A DNA stretch of 63,020 bases, counting the filler. It is 5 parts of 5 records of this genome, joined end to end, with 100 filler letters (N's around TTAATTAATTAA, not from the genome) between each part and the next. Parts side by side here need not be neighbours in the genome. Positions count along the whole stretch, not along the records: positions 39,463 to 63,020 come from SRR31156797_27558; 4 more parts are not named here. The stretch is one strand, 5' to 3'. Shown in pieces: positions 40,323 through 49,781 of the stretch. Numbering within the stretch: the stretch's first letter is position 1; the number at the start of each line of letters is the position of its first letter. The translations under genes and the position numbers were made by a program. Under the pieces are notes generated by a model that did no database searches, was not told where the DNA came from, and saw only the letters and a list, made by a program, of their open reading frames with translations.

Positions 40323-41346
40323 TAGTTTCTCCATAATTGTAAGCACTTTTATTCGTCGTTATAGATGAAATAATCAAGTCTGCATTAGGCAAGCTGGGTG
40401 TGCTGACTGATACATTTGTGGACTCTGATACCGTATACCATGCTGAACTACTACCAAGCATAATCTGATAGTTCTGTTGATATGACGATGATGGTGAAAA
40501 TGCAACTAAACTGACCATATTCCTGTAATCACTTCCAGTAACAGATAATGAATATGATTTATTAGCATTAGCTGTAGTTGCAGGTATTTTTATTGTCAGT
40601 GTGTCCCCATTATTCCCTGTATATCCGCTTATCGTCGAACCACTTGGAAGTGATGAAGAATTGACCGTATATCCTTGGTTGAGTCTTGTAAGATTAACTG
40701 TTGCCGTTCCTACAAAGTAGCTTCCGCTTTTAACCATGCTAGGCGTTGACATTAAAATATCCCTATATGAACTCTGGTTTCGTGCAAGTATTAAAAGGTC
40801 AACCATCTTTCGCAACATAGAGTTGTAGCCGTTTGCCCTTATCTTATTAGGTATCTCACCACAATCAGCATAATACCGCAATTGACTATCTGAGAATCCG
40901 CCGATGTTCATAAAATCATACTGATATGAAACTCCATTCTCGGATAGCCATGATCTTATAGCGTTTGCAGTTATGTAACGTGCCTGTTCCTGATTAAGTC
41001 CCATATAGTTATATGGATAACCGTTCTGCAAGATTATCTGCAATCCTGTCTTAACTCTGGTTGAGTATGAACCAATAACATTAGATGAACTGTAATATAT
41101 ACTCGCAGGATAGTCTTGTTTAGGCTGTAGGCAAAAGTATTCTTCATATGTATATTTGTTGTAGAATCGTGGTGTTTTTAATGTACCCCAACTCCCTCGA
41201 TAAAGTTTATAAAACCAGTGCGTTGTATTACGACTGGTAACGGGAAAAGCGGCAAGTACATTTGTAATTAGAAATGTAACGATGAGAATTGCCACAATTA
41301 CTGCTACTATGATTTTCTTCTTTTTATTAATGGGTTTTATCTTCAA
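40306..41346 (-). CDS. Surface protein with a thioester-domain (TED)-like region, C-terminally truncated
   Basis: Signal peptide, YFCLQP, GYP, YITANAIRSW, Ig-like insert, NYQIML; ends just after ADLIISSIT (CARDB-like start), where it runs into recombinase sequence. Confidence 0.6.
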   Translation of the reverse strand: MKIKPINKKKKIIVAVIVAILIVTFLITNVLAAFPVTSRNTTHWFYKLYRGSWGTLKTPRFYNKYTYEEYFCLQPKQDYPASIYYSSSNVIGSYSTRVKTGLQIILQNGYPYNYMGLNQEQARYITANAIRSWLSENGVSYQYDFMNIGGFSDSQLRYYADCGEIPNKIRANGYNSMLRKMVDLLILARNQSSYRDILMSTPSMVKSGSYFVGTATVNLTRLNQGYTVNSSSLPSGSTISGYTGNNGDTLTIKIPATTANANKSYSLSVTGSDYRNMVSLVAFSPSSSYQQNYQIMLGSSSAWYTVSESTNVSVSTPSLPNADLIISSITTNKSAYNYGETRYSYN

Positions 41347-41369
41347 ATTATTCCTCCTTTCTGCTAATC

Positions 41370-41828
41370 TTATGAATATACATGTGATATGGAATGTAGT
41401 GGTACTTCTATATCCGATATTGAATCAATCTGCCATAGGAGCGGTATTGTTAAGACCGCATCTATCTCCATCAAATCATCGTCTATAGAAATAGTTATAT
41501 TTGAAATGCTGTGGTGAGCCTTGTCATTTTCTATTTTGGTATATATGTTATTTGTGTTGTTATATCCTATGCTGTCTAAATTATCGTAGAAGCTGGCAAT
41601 TGCCATATTTGAAGGTATAGAATATTTTAAGTTTCGTACATTTTCGTTTATAAGGTTCTCATTTACAGTTACAACTGCCGCTCTTTCAAGGTCATTCCTT
41701 GCTGTATTTACTGTCGTGTAAATGTAGATAATATTATAAATTACTGCTGTAAACATACTGATTATGATGATAATAAATGCAGCTCACAGGTATGAGTTGC
41801 CCTTATTATCTTTTATAAATTTTGTCAT
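41370..41828 (-). pseudogene. Pilin-like (TadE/pseudopilin-type) gene with an in-frame TGA
   Basis: ATG 41828 overlaps the upstream stop (ATGA): MTKFIKDNKG|NSYL*AAFIIIIISMF; TGA at 41786-41784. Confidence 0.7.
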
Positions 41829-42250
41829 TTCCAATACACCTCACTAATTCCCTTGCCAGTTGAGGTAAGCTCAATAGTTATGTATATTGGGTCGATTACA
41901 TACGGTTTGATGACGGGGATTTGTATGGTTTTAGTTGCAACAACAGTAAAACCATCTTTAAGTTGTATGGTTTTGAGTATACTGTCCTCAAAATCTGCAA
42001 TTACATTAACACTATCAGGTTCTACCAGTGTACCGTCAGTAAAAATATCGTTTATTGTAGTGCTGTCTGCTTGCCCGTATAGTTCAATAGTTCTTGTTAT
42101 GTGCTGTGTAGACTGATTAAGGTCTTGTTTGGCTGTAAATATCGGATATATAAACATAATAGATGCAATAAAAGATATAATTATCAGTAGTGTAATGCAG
42201 ACATCTATGTATCCCTCAGCCTTTTGCTCTTTAAAAAATCGCTTTATCAT
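41825..42250 (-). CDS. DUF4320-like pseudopilin
   Basis: MIKRFFKEQKA|EGYIDV + hydrophobic helix; ends GISEVYWK; GGAG RBS. Confidence 0.75.
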   Translation of the reverse strand: MIKRFFKEQKAEGYIDVCITLLIIISFIASIMFIYPIFTAKQDLNQSTQHITRTIELYGQADSTTINDIFTDGTLVEPDSVNVIADFEDSILKTIQLKDGFTVVATKTIQIPVIKPYVIDPIYITIELTSTGKGISEVYWK

Positions 42251-42272
42251 ATCTTTTCTCCTTATGAATAAT

Positions 42273-42300
42273 TAGGGATGCCTATATAAAGCATCCCTAG
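42273..42300. terminator. Stem-loop just downstream of the pilin-like gene
   Basis: TAGGGATGC-N9-GCATCCCTA; possible terminator or mRNA-stabilising hairpin. Confidence 0.55.
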
Positions 42301-42314
42301 AAAGAGAGGGATAC

Positions 42315-42548
42315 TCAAAGCGAATATCCCTTGTGCTGTTTAGCGAACTGGACGATGTCGATACCAGTCAGTTCGCTGGAAATCGTGTCGATAAGTCCTT
42401 GGAACAAGCCCGGCATTGCAACGTTCATGATTGCAAGGATTGCAGCACCGATGACTACAACAATCAAAATCTTCAAAGCTACATCTACGAAGCCGTCACC
42501 TTTCTTCTCGTTCCAAAAGTTCTTTACCTTGTTCATCATTTTTCTCAT
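42315..42548 (-). CDS. DUF6133-like Flp-type major pilin
   Basis: Basic leader ...FWNEKKG|DGFVDVALKILIVVVIGAAILA; 77 aa; AGGAG RBS. Confidence 0.72.
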   Translation of the reverse strand: MRKMMNKVKNFWNEKKGDGFVDVALKILIVVVIGAAILAIMNVAMPGLFQGLIDTISSELTGIDIVQFAKQHKGYSL

Positions 42549-42691
42549 GTGTTTATCTCCTAAAATTTTATTATTTATATAAAGATAAAAGCCACTCCCA
42601 AGACTTTGAATTCCTTTCAGATTGCCTATAATTTCAGCTTTAAAGTGCGAATTTTGGTTATGACTTTTACGTTATATCCTAATTAAGATAC

Positions 42692-42727
42692 AAAAAAACT
42701 GCTACCATTTCTGGTAACAGTTTTTTT
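42692..42727. terminator. Bidirectional terminator
   Basis: A7-CTGCTACCA-TTTC-TGGTAACAG-T7. Confidence 0.7.
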
Positions 42728-42956
42728 GATGACATTTTATCAAGTGTTATATAAAGCTTATATTAATTCTATTTAATCGTGTAGTAACCTTAGCAAATTG
42801 TCACATTAAATACAGTGTAATCTTTAAAATTTGACTACTACAATATAATCGTAACAATGATGGTTTTGTGATGTTTACTATATGCGTCTGTATTCTTGGC
42901 GTTGTTACGCTATTTGCGTTGCTTTCGCCACGTTTGACGTATGCGCTTGTTTACAG

Positions 42957-44167
42957 TTATTGGCCATCAGCTTGTCTTGCCTTTTGCACCTCTTCGATTT
43001 TTTTGATTACTGGTCTGGCATAGACACATAAGTCCTCGTCGTCGTCAAGTACCGCTTGCAGTGGCTCTATCGCTCTGGGATCGCCGATCTTGCCCAATGC
43101 CTTGATCATCGCAGCACGTTCGTATGTGTACGCCAGTTTCTGAACCAACGGCTCAACCAGCCGCTCGTCACGCGTTTTCGCCAAGCGTGCAAGGTCAATT
43201 TCCACGCTTTCGCTTCCGACACACGCTAGCCATTTGGGCTCTCCCAGTTTTTCTAGCGCTTCGGCCGCCCACCTTCGTTCTGCATCCTGATCCGAACACA
43301 GCACGTTGATCAACGGCAGAATCGCCCGGATATCGCCGAGTGTACCCAAAGCCCTCGCTACATCCAAATCACATTCCTGATACTCAATATCGATGGTCTT
43401 GATCAGTATTTCTGCGACTCTCGGGTCTTCTAAGAACATCAATGGTATGATCTGGTCATCAAAATAATTATGCTGTTTGGTCGTCTTGCCAATCGGGTCA
43501 TCCAGCATATGCAGCACATCGATAAGTTCATCCCAAATACAAAAGTTTTCAAACGCATCGATAATCAGCGGTATCGCACGTTTGTCGCCGATCTTGCCTA
43601 AAGCGCACAGAATGTCGCCGATTGCGTAGTCCACCTCACCTGCCATGGTTAATCTTCCGTCTTTGTACTCATACGCTTTATACCGATACTCGCTCGATCT
43701 GTCGAACTTTTCGCTGTTTTCGAAATCTTGTACGCTTGCAAAGGCGCGAATCAGCGGCTCGACAGCACGGCTGTCACCAATCTCTCCGAGTACCAATGCT
43801 GCGTCGCGGCGCACCGACAGCTACTCATCGGTATTGGTAACGATATCCGACAGAGGCGCGACCGCTTCGGTAGCACCAATGCTTCCGAGTGCGTTTACCG
43901 CGGTATGACGAACGTCCGGATGTTCGCTTTGCGTACTGCTCCGTGCGGATCACCCAGCGCCGGAATAAGCAGCAGTACTGCGTTCACGCAATATATCTGC
44001 ACCAGTGCTTCGATAGATGCAATGCGGACTTGCTCAGATGTGTCGCCCATAAGCTTTAATAATCCTTTGTAAGCGATGTCGACTTTTTTCGCGTCGCCGG
44101 TTTCTGCTTTTTCGAGAAGTTTGACTATCTTGGTGGTCTTTTTCGCAATTGCTTTTTCAGTGGACAT
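42957..44167 (-). pseudogene. HEAT (PBS-lyase-like) repeat protein, disrupted; GC-rich
   Basis: ALGxIGDxRAxxPL repeats; frameshift near 43925 (DPHGAVRKA / SEHPDVRHTAVNALG) and an in-frame TAG at 43823-43821. Confidence 0.8.
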
Positions 44168-44458
44168 ATCGCTTTGTCTCCTTTGGCATCTTCTATTTTT
44201 TGAAATTCTGTTTTATTATAACATATATTACCTGTATGCTCATCAAAAATAAGACCTCTAAATTTACTATTTATAGAAAACATCAATTTGTTTTCAATAA
44301 ATTCAAAAAAACTTTTTCATTACATGCAATTAATAATGGATTATCTCTGTATCCATTATAATCCCATTATAATCTAATATTTTATTTTGAAAAAAACCCA
44401 TATCAATGTTTAATATTGTAATCATAAAATATCGTTTATTAATATTCTATCTTTTTTA

Positions 44459-44668
44459 CTAAAAGCCTGCTAATATCATGTTATCGAATATCATAACTCC
44501 GAGGGGTATCATAAATAGCAGGATCATTAGTAGTGTTAGAATGATCGAAGATGCTTTAATTCTTCTTGGTTGTTTATTAAGCTGTTCTTTAATGTACTCT
44601 ATTTCTTTAGCACGTATATCTTGTTCAAGCAGCAATAATGACTGTTGTTTATCAATACCAATGTTGAC
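44459..44668 (-). pseudogene. C-terminal fragment of a TadC-like pilus platform protein
   Basis: Hand translation: VNIGIDKQQSLLLLEQDIRAKEIEYIKEQLNKQPRRIKASSIILTLLMILLFMIPLGVMIFDNMILAGF*, a helix-then-terminal-TM pattern like TadC/GspF C-termini; no start codon of its own. Confidence 0.5.
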
Positions 44669-45033
44669 GGTAATATGGTTTCTCTATGTAAATTTGCATC
44701 TACCATAATTATAGTTGCTGTATCATCATCTAGTTCTCTTATATCACAAGGAATGATATCCAGTCCTACAAGTTTTGCAGCTTCAACTCTGTTATGACCT
44801 GATACTATTTCATACTTACCATTGTCTATTGGACGAACAATTATGGGTGTAATAATTCCACGCTCTGATATGCTGTTTGCCAATTCCTGCATTTTCTCTG
44901 CATTATGTAATTTAAAGGGATGCTTTTTGAAAGGTTGCAATACCGATAATTGTAGTGCCTGATTTGAGTTGCTTGCCTGTGGCTCAGTAGACTTAAACAG
45001 ATCATCAAAATCTTTTAGATTTGATTTAGCCAT
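44669..45033 (-). pseudogene. ParB-like protein, N-terminal part only
   Basis: GIITPIIVRP..YEIVSGHNR..MVDANLHRETILPS, then ParB-like sequence stops abruptly. Confidence 0.85.
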
Positions 45034-45350
45034 TTACATGTACCTCCTTAGCAAATTCTTCATATGCTATGGACGCTTTACATTTACTATTATATTTAAA
45101 TAGACTTTTTCCAACTGCTGTATTCTCAACTGCCTTTACAGATTGAAGGATAGTGTTTTCATAGATTGGAATATGTTGACCATACACTTCTTGTAAGTCT
45201 GAAATGATGCTTTTACTAAATCTCAATCTACCATTGTGCATAGTGATTAAAATACCATCAAATCCAAGACTTGGATTTATGTTTCTTTTAGCTTTAGCAA
45301 CTGTACTAATAAGTAATTCCAATCCTTTAGCAGATAGTTAATGTGCCTGT
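45026..45350 (-). pseudogene. ParA/Soj C-terminal fragment
   Basis: QAH*LSAKGLELLISTV...INPSLGFDGILITM...AYEEFAKEV; Walker A region absent, in-frame TAA. Confidence 0.82.
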
Positions 45351-45733
45351 TAGAGTATTCCTGAATATATGGAGAAAAAACAGCTCAAGGTATGTTATTT
45401 GGTAAATGCTATGTTATACCTAAGGCTCATTATGTCAATTTCGAGGATATGTGTAAAGAGGACATGATTGGTTTCATGCACGAAGTTCAGTTGGCAGGTA
45501 AAGCGCTTATGAAAGTTACTGGTGCTACAAAAATAAATTATGAGATGCATGCTAATTCTGTACCGCATTTACATATTCACTTATTTCCATGGTATTTAGA
45601 TGATAGCTTTCCATCGGCACCTATTGACTACAGGATTACGGAACCGTCTCCGTACGAAAGTGATGAAGAGTTCGAATGGTTAATTAATGAAATGAGAAAA
45701 GAATTAAATTGTTTGATAAACATTCAACTATAG
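45350..45733 (+). pseudogene. HIT-family protein, probably 5'-truncated
   Basis: VPHLHIHL triad; upstream in-frame LEYS*IYGEKTAQG with TGA at 45362-45364, abutting the parA fragment. Confidence 0.65.
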
Positions 45734-45750
45734 AATTTCCTCGGGTTCAA

Positions 45751-46242
45751 TTAATTGTTTGTACTCATCTCTTGTCTGTTTTTTACAATTACATCCATAA
45801 TCACCAGAATATCATTTGTATCAACGTTATTTTTTGCATACTCATTAATTTCTCTTAATGATGAAATAGATTTAGTTAACTTAGAATCCGTCCATGAATG
45901 CCAAGGGAATAGCCACGTGTGAAAATGCTTTGAACGTTCTTCTTGAACTATTGTTATTTCTTTGGTAATACCAAGTTTCTTAAGTGCCGAAATACTACTA
46001 TTAACTAAGGATATATATTCATACCGTTGCTCATCGTTTAGCTGTGTTATTGAGTTAATATGCTCTTTCGTAGATATGATTAAGAATCCACATATTGGTA
46101 TTTTAGGGTCTTGATGCACAGCAAAACTATCTGTTTCATAGATAATTCCGCCCGGAGGTATAATCTGCTTATTTCCAATAGCACATCCTAAGCAATCAGT
46201 CTCCCAATCATTACCTAAAATATCATTAAATTTATAACTCAT
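45751..46242 (-). CDS. HIT-family protein
   Basis: CLGC, HQDPKIPICGFLII, QEERSKHFHTWLFP. Confidence 0.8.
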   Translation of the reverse strand: MSYKFNDILGNDWETDCLGCAIGNKQIIPPGGIIYETDSFAVHQDPKIPICGFLIISTKEHINSITQLNDEQRYEYISLVNSSISALKKLGITKEITIVQEERSKHFHTWLFPWHSWTDSKLTKSISSLREINEYAKNNVDTNDILVIMDVIVKNRQEMSTNN

Positions 46243-46295
46243 AACAGCTTCTAATAATCTTACTTGTTAATAATTATACTATGATGCTACAAGTT

Positions 46296-47069
46296 CTATT
46301 TAATCACATCGCCAACACCATCCAAAACATATTTGGGGCGATATGAAAATTCATTCATTGATTCAACTGTAGTTACACCGCTCAATACTAGAACAGTATC
46401 TATAGCAGCTTCAATTCCAGCAACTATATCTGTATCCATTCTATCACCTATGATTACTGCTTCTTCATTCTTAACACCTAGGGTATTTAGTCCGTGGCGC
46501 ATCATCAATGGGTTTGGTTTACCGACGAAATAGGCTTTTTTGCTAGTTGCCATTTCAATAGGGGAGATAAGAGCCCTAGTCGCAGGAGCAATACCTCCGT
46601 CAACAGGACCTGTGATATCAAAATTGCATCCGATTAGTTTAGCACCTTTTAATACTAATTGTGTTGCTTTTTCCATCATTTCGTAATTATATGTTCTGGT
46701 TTCACCTAATACAACGTAATCAGGATCAGTATTATTCATAAGAAACCCTACATTATACATAGCATTAGTAAGCCCTGTATCGCCAATAACATAAGCACTA
46801 CCGCCAGGACACTGCTTTCTAAGGAAGCTGGCTGTAGCTAATGCAGAAGTGTAGAAGTGTTCCTCGCTTACATTTATACCCATATTCTGTAGTTTGAATT
46901 GTAATTCTTTTCTTGTTTTGGATGAATTATTAGTTAAAAATAAGAAATCTTTCTTTTCACTTTGCAACCAATCAACAAATTTCTTAGCTCCTGGTAATAG
47001 TTTACTGCCATGATAGATTACGCCATCCATATCACAGATAAAGCCTTTTTTCTTTTCTAGTTCTTTCAT
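46296..47069 (-). CDS. nagD: HAD-IIA hydrolase, NagD-like
   Basis: DMDGVIY, LTNNS, GKPNPLMMR, IGDRMDTD, VLSGVT. Confidence 0.85.
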   Translation of the reverse strand: MKELEKKKGFICDMDGVIYHGSKLLPGAKKFVDWLQSEKKDFLFLTNNSSKTRKELQFKLQNMGINVSEEHFYTSALATASFLRKQCPGGSAYVIGDTGLTNAMYNVGFLMNNTDPDYVVLGETRTYNYEMMEKATQLVLKGAKLIGCNFDITGPVDGGIAPATRALISPIEMATSKKAYFVGKPNPLMMRHGLNTLGVKNEEAVIIGDRMDTDIVAGIEAAIDTVLVLSGVTTVESMNEFSYRPKYVLDGVGDVIK

Positions 47070-47147
47070 GAAGAATCCTCACATTTCTATATACTTATAT
47101 ATCTAAGTGATAGTATAATACATATACTATTTCTTTACAAATGATAC

Positions 47148-47175
47148 ATTGTGACCGAAATATTGTGACCGAAAT
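47148..47175. repeat. Tandem 14-bp direct repeat ATTGTGACCGAAAT
   Basis: Exact copies at 47148-47161 and 47162-47175, upstream of the nagD-like gene. Confidence 0.7.
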
Positions 47176-47330
47176 CGTATGTATACAAATGCAACATTTA
47201 CTATTTAGTTAAAATTGGATAGTCATTATAAATACAAAAAAATAGTGTAATATAATAATTACTACACTATCGTAATTTTTGACGTATCATTTATACGAAC
47301 ATTATAATATACCTAAAATCTACAATATAT

Positions 47331-48326
47331 TTATCCTGCTTCTCCTATGAAATTTTTAATATTTTTTAAGTCTGATTCTTCATTATAGCTAATCGCTTTC
47401 CATCCATTAGGTAAATCAATTATTTCAATATCCTTTGGAATATGAAGAAACTGTGGTTCATTTTCAAGGCAATAGATTGCTGTATCAGCTATCCAGCTCC
47501 AATCTTCTTCCATTATATTTGTATCATAATTTTGCTGAACATCTTTTGCAACTAATGCTAAATCCTCTGAATTCATATTTATCTGTTTGATGCTTTTTAC
47601 TAATCCGCTGATGATATTTGAATGATGCTCTCTAAAGCTTAATTCTTCCTCTGTAATCCAATCATCTGTTTCGGTCAGCGTATCGACAAAATATGCTGCT
47701 GTCTGAACACCTGATAAGTATTGTACTCCTGTTTTCTCGATATCATGCCAAGTAAAACTGCCAAAATGTTGTATATAATCAGCCATATCATTTATTGATA
47801 GACTTTCAATATTTATTTCTATTCCTTTAACTATGTCAATAATTTCAATAACACCATTAATATTCATCACAATCCAATAGTCGATATTAATCCCAAAATT
47901 ATCTTCGAGGATATCTACAATATATTTTTCATCACCCACACTCAAGCTTTGCAATTGTTCCTGCTTTTCACCACCATTAATATTTACTGCTAGATTGTAA
48001 GGGAAAGTAGTAAGTTTAACAACTCTATTATCGGGGTCAAGTGTTATTAGTATATGTGTCAAACGATATGCATTTCCATCTTGACTGAAATCACTTTCCA
48101 TTGAACCCATCAGTAGAATATTTACAGGTTTAACTCCTTCAAATTTTTGCTGATTTTCAGCTGCTTCCATGGCAGGTTCAGTTGTAGTGTCAGCATTGTC
48201 AGAAAACTCAGAATTTTCAATAGTGGTTTCCTGACTCACAATTTGTGGGTTATCTGCTTTCTTAACACAGCAAAATAATATTATAGCAGCAAGTATTATT
48301 AATATAAGTAAAATTAATTTTTTCAT
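47331..48326 (-). CDS. LCP (LytR-CpsA-Psr)-fold protein with a degenerate active site
   Basis: N-terminal anchor; VNILLMG, GINIDYWIVMN, GVQYLSG, DTN scaffold motifs. Confidence 0.7.
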   Translation of the reverse strand: MKKLILLILIILAAIILFCCVKKADNPQIVSQETTIENSEFSDNADTTTEPAMEAAENQQKFEGVKPVNILLMGSMESDFSQDGNAYRLTHILITLDPDNRVVKLTTFPYNLAVNINGGEKQEQLQSLSVGDEKYIVDILEDNFGINIDYWIVMNINGVIEIIDIVKGIEINIESLSINDMADYIQHFGSFTWHDIEKTGVQYLSGVQTAAYFVDTLTETDDWITEEELSFREHHSNIISGLVKSIKQINMNSEDLALVAKDVQQNYDTNIMEEDWSWIADTAIYCLENEPQFLHIPKDIEIIDLPNGWKAISYNEESDLKNIKNFIGEAG

Positions 48327-48598
48327 CGTATACCTCTTTTCAATTAAACTACTTATATGCTATATCTATGCTAGACAATTTAAATATATTGCTTTTTATT
48401 CATAAATCAATATCTAGAATAAACCAAATACATGATTTATCGAAAATTAGTGATGTCAGGATTTTTCCAACTCATTTATTAATACAAATCATAATTATAT
48501 TTAAAAATAACATTCACTTCTCATAAAATAAAGAGCTGCCTATTGGCAAGCTCAAGGTTATGATTGTAATTATATTATATTATCTGTATTTAATAGTA

Positions 48599-49243
48599 TT
48601 AATCTAACAAAGGTTTATCTTCCCTTTTACCATATGCATTGTTATCTTTTAATTGTGAATTCCAGTAAAATTCAGCTTTTGTTAATTGCATAAAGATTTT
48701 TCTTATTAGCGGAAGTTTTTCTATATCTGATAATTTATTTAAATCATCATTTGAAAATTTCTGTCCAGTTTCGATTGATTCTGTCATAGATTTTAGAGCA
48801 TTAGGTTTTCCTTTATAAAAAACATCCGGTGGTGATGCTTTCAGTGATTCACTTCCTCCAAATATTCCAGTTCCCATATATTGCATATTCATCAAAGACG
48901 TGAAATATTCTAGGTACTTTTCGCAGCCGCGACTGTGACATGCTTCAGGAAAACCAGAATGAACAATATAGTATGCCTTTTTGTCCTTGAATTCATCAGA
49001 CACTTCATGCATCTTTTCAAATATAAACTTTAGATTGGCTGGTACACTGTCAACATATAAAGGGAAAACAAAAAGATAAGAATCATAGCCAAACATACTG
49101 TCAAGGTTGTCTTTCTCCCGAAAAATGTCTATTGCATTTACTGAATCATATTTAGATTTATCGGAAAACATCCATCTTTCTATTATTGATTTTGAATTGC
49201 TAATATTTGCCCTTGGTGAACCATTAACTATTAATAATTTCAT
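48599..49243 (-). CDS. Flavodoxin-like NAD(P)H-dependent oxidoreductase
   Basis: INGSPR-type motif (VNGSPR), FPLYVDSVP, SGFPE. Confidence 0.8.
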   Translation of the reverse strand: MKLLIVNGSPRANISNSKSIIERWMFSDKSKYDSVNAIDIFREKDNLDSMFGYDSYLFVFPLYVDSVPANLKFIFEKMHEVSDEFKDKKAYYIVHSGFPEACHSRGCEKYLEYFTSLMNMQYMGTGIFGGSESLKASPPDVFYKGKPNALKSMTESIETGQKFSNDDLNKLSDIEKLPLIRKIFMQLTKAEFYWNSQLKDNNAYGKREDKPLLD

Positions 49244-49781
49244 TTAAATTCTCCTTTATATTATCAGCATTAACTCTCTTGACTATCTCCCTTTTTGCAT
49301 GAGCATTTAGCGCATTCTTTTTAGATATCTCATCTAATATTCTTATTGCTTCATCAGTAGCATTTTCATCATCCAGTATTAGCATTGCTCTGTTGGGATA
49401 ATTATCATAACGTTTTAGGTGATGACATTCTCCACTATAAATACCAATATAAGGCATTAAAGTGGAAAGACTTCTGTCAATAGCTACTTTTGTTTTATAA
49501 GATATAGTTCCAGCTATGACAGGAGCAATGAATATAACCCAGTCCGATGATATTTGGGATTTTAAGATTGAAGTCATATCATCTTTAGCATAGATACAAA
49601 CTCCGGGAGTCTTAACCCAGCATGAAAAACATCCAACACATGGATTTATGTTGCAATCATTAACATTAAATAGCTCAACTTCACAATCATTTTGCTTAAG
49701 ATTAGCAATAGTTTCCTCAAGATTAGTAGTGAAATTACTGTTTGTTTCCGAGGTAGTTTCAGTCAGTATTGTAAGTTTCAT
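49224..49781 (-). CDS. Iron-sulfur flavodoxin-family protein
   Basis: CVGCFSCWVKTPGVC, DDM, ECHH. Confidence 0.82.
   Translation of the reverse strand: MKLTILTETTSETNSNFTTNLEETIANLKQNDCEVELFNVNDCNINPCVGCFSCWVKTPGVCIYAKDDMTSILKSQISSDWVIFIAPVIAGTISYKTKVAIDRSLSTLMPYIGIYSGECHHLKRYDNYPNRAMLILDDENATDEAIRILDEISKKNALNAHAKREIVKRVNADNIKENLNEIINS

Larger units (their letters stand above)
39463..45733. mobile_element. Decayed integrative (ICE-like) element remnant; boundaries approximate
   Basis: Co-oriented fragments of parA, parB, tadC, pilin-like genes, a surface adhesin and a large serine recombinase, with many stops, frameshifts and mid-gene fusions. Confidence 0.7.

Noticed and set aside
42845..42960. 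Integron attC site after the HEAT gene
   Set aside because: Only short imperfect stems (TGGCG/CGCCA, ACGC/GCGT); no matching R boxes and no integrase.
43821..43823. Pyrrolysine read-through of the TAG in the HEAT gene
   Set aside because: The same gene also has a frameshift, it is not a methyltransferase, and no pyl genes are in the window.
41784..45364. TGA recoding (genetic code 4 or selenocysteine) suggested by in-frame TGA at 41786 and 45362
   Set aside because: Intact genes on the same contig end in TGA (e.g. 61835-61837) and use TGG for Trp; neighbouring fragments also carry TAA, TAG and frameshifts, so this is decay.
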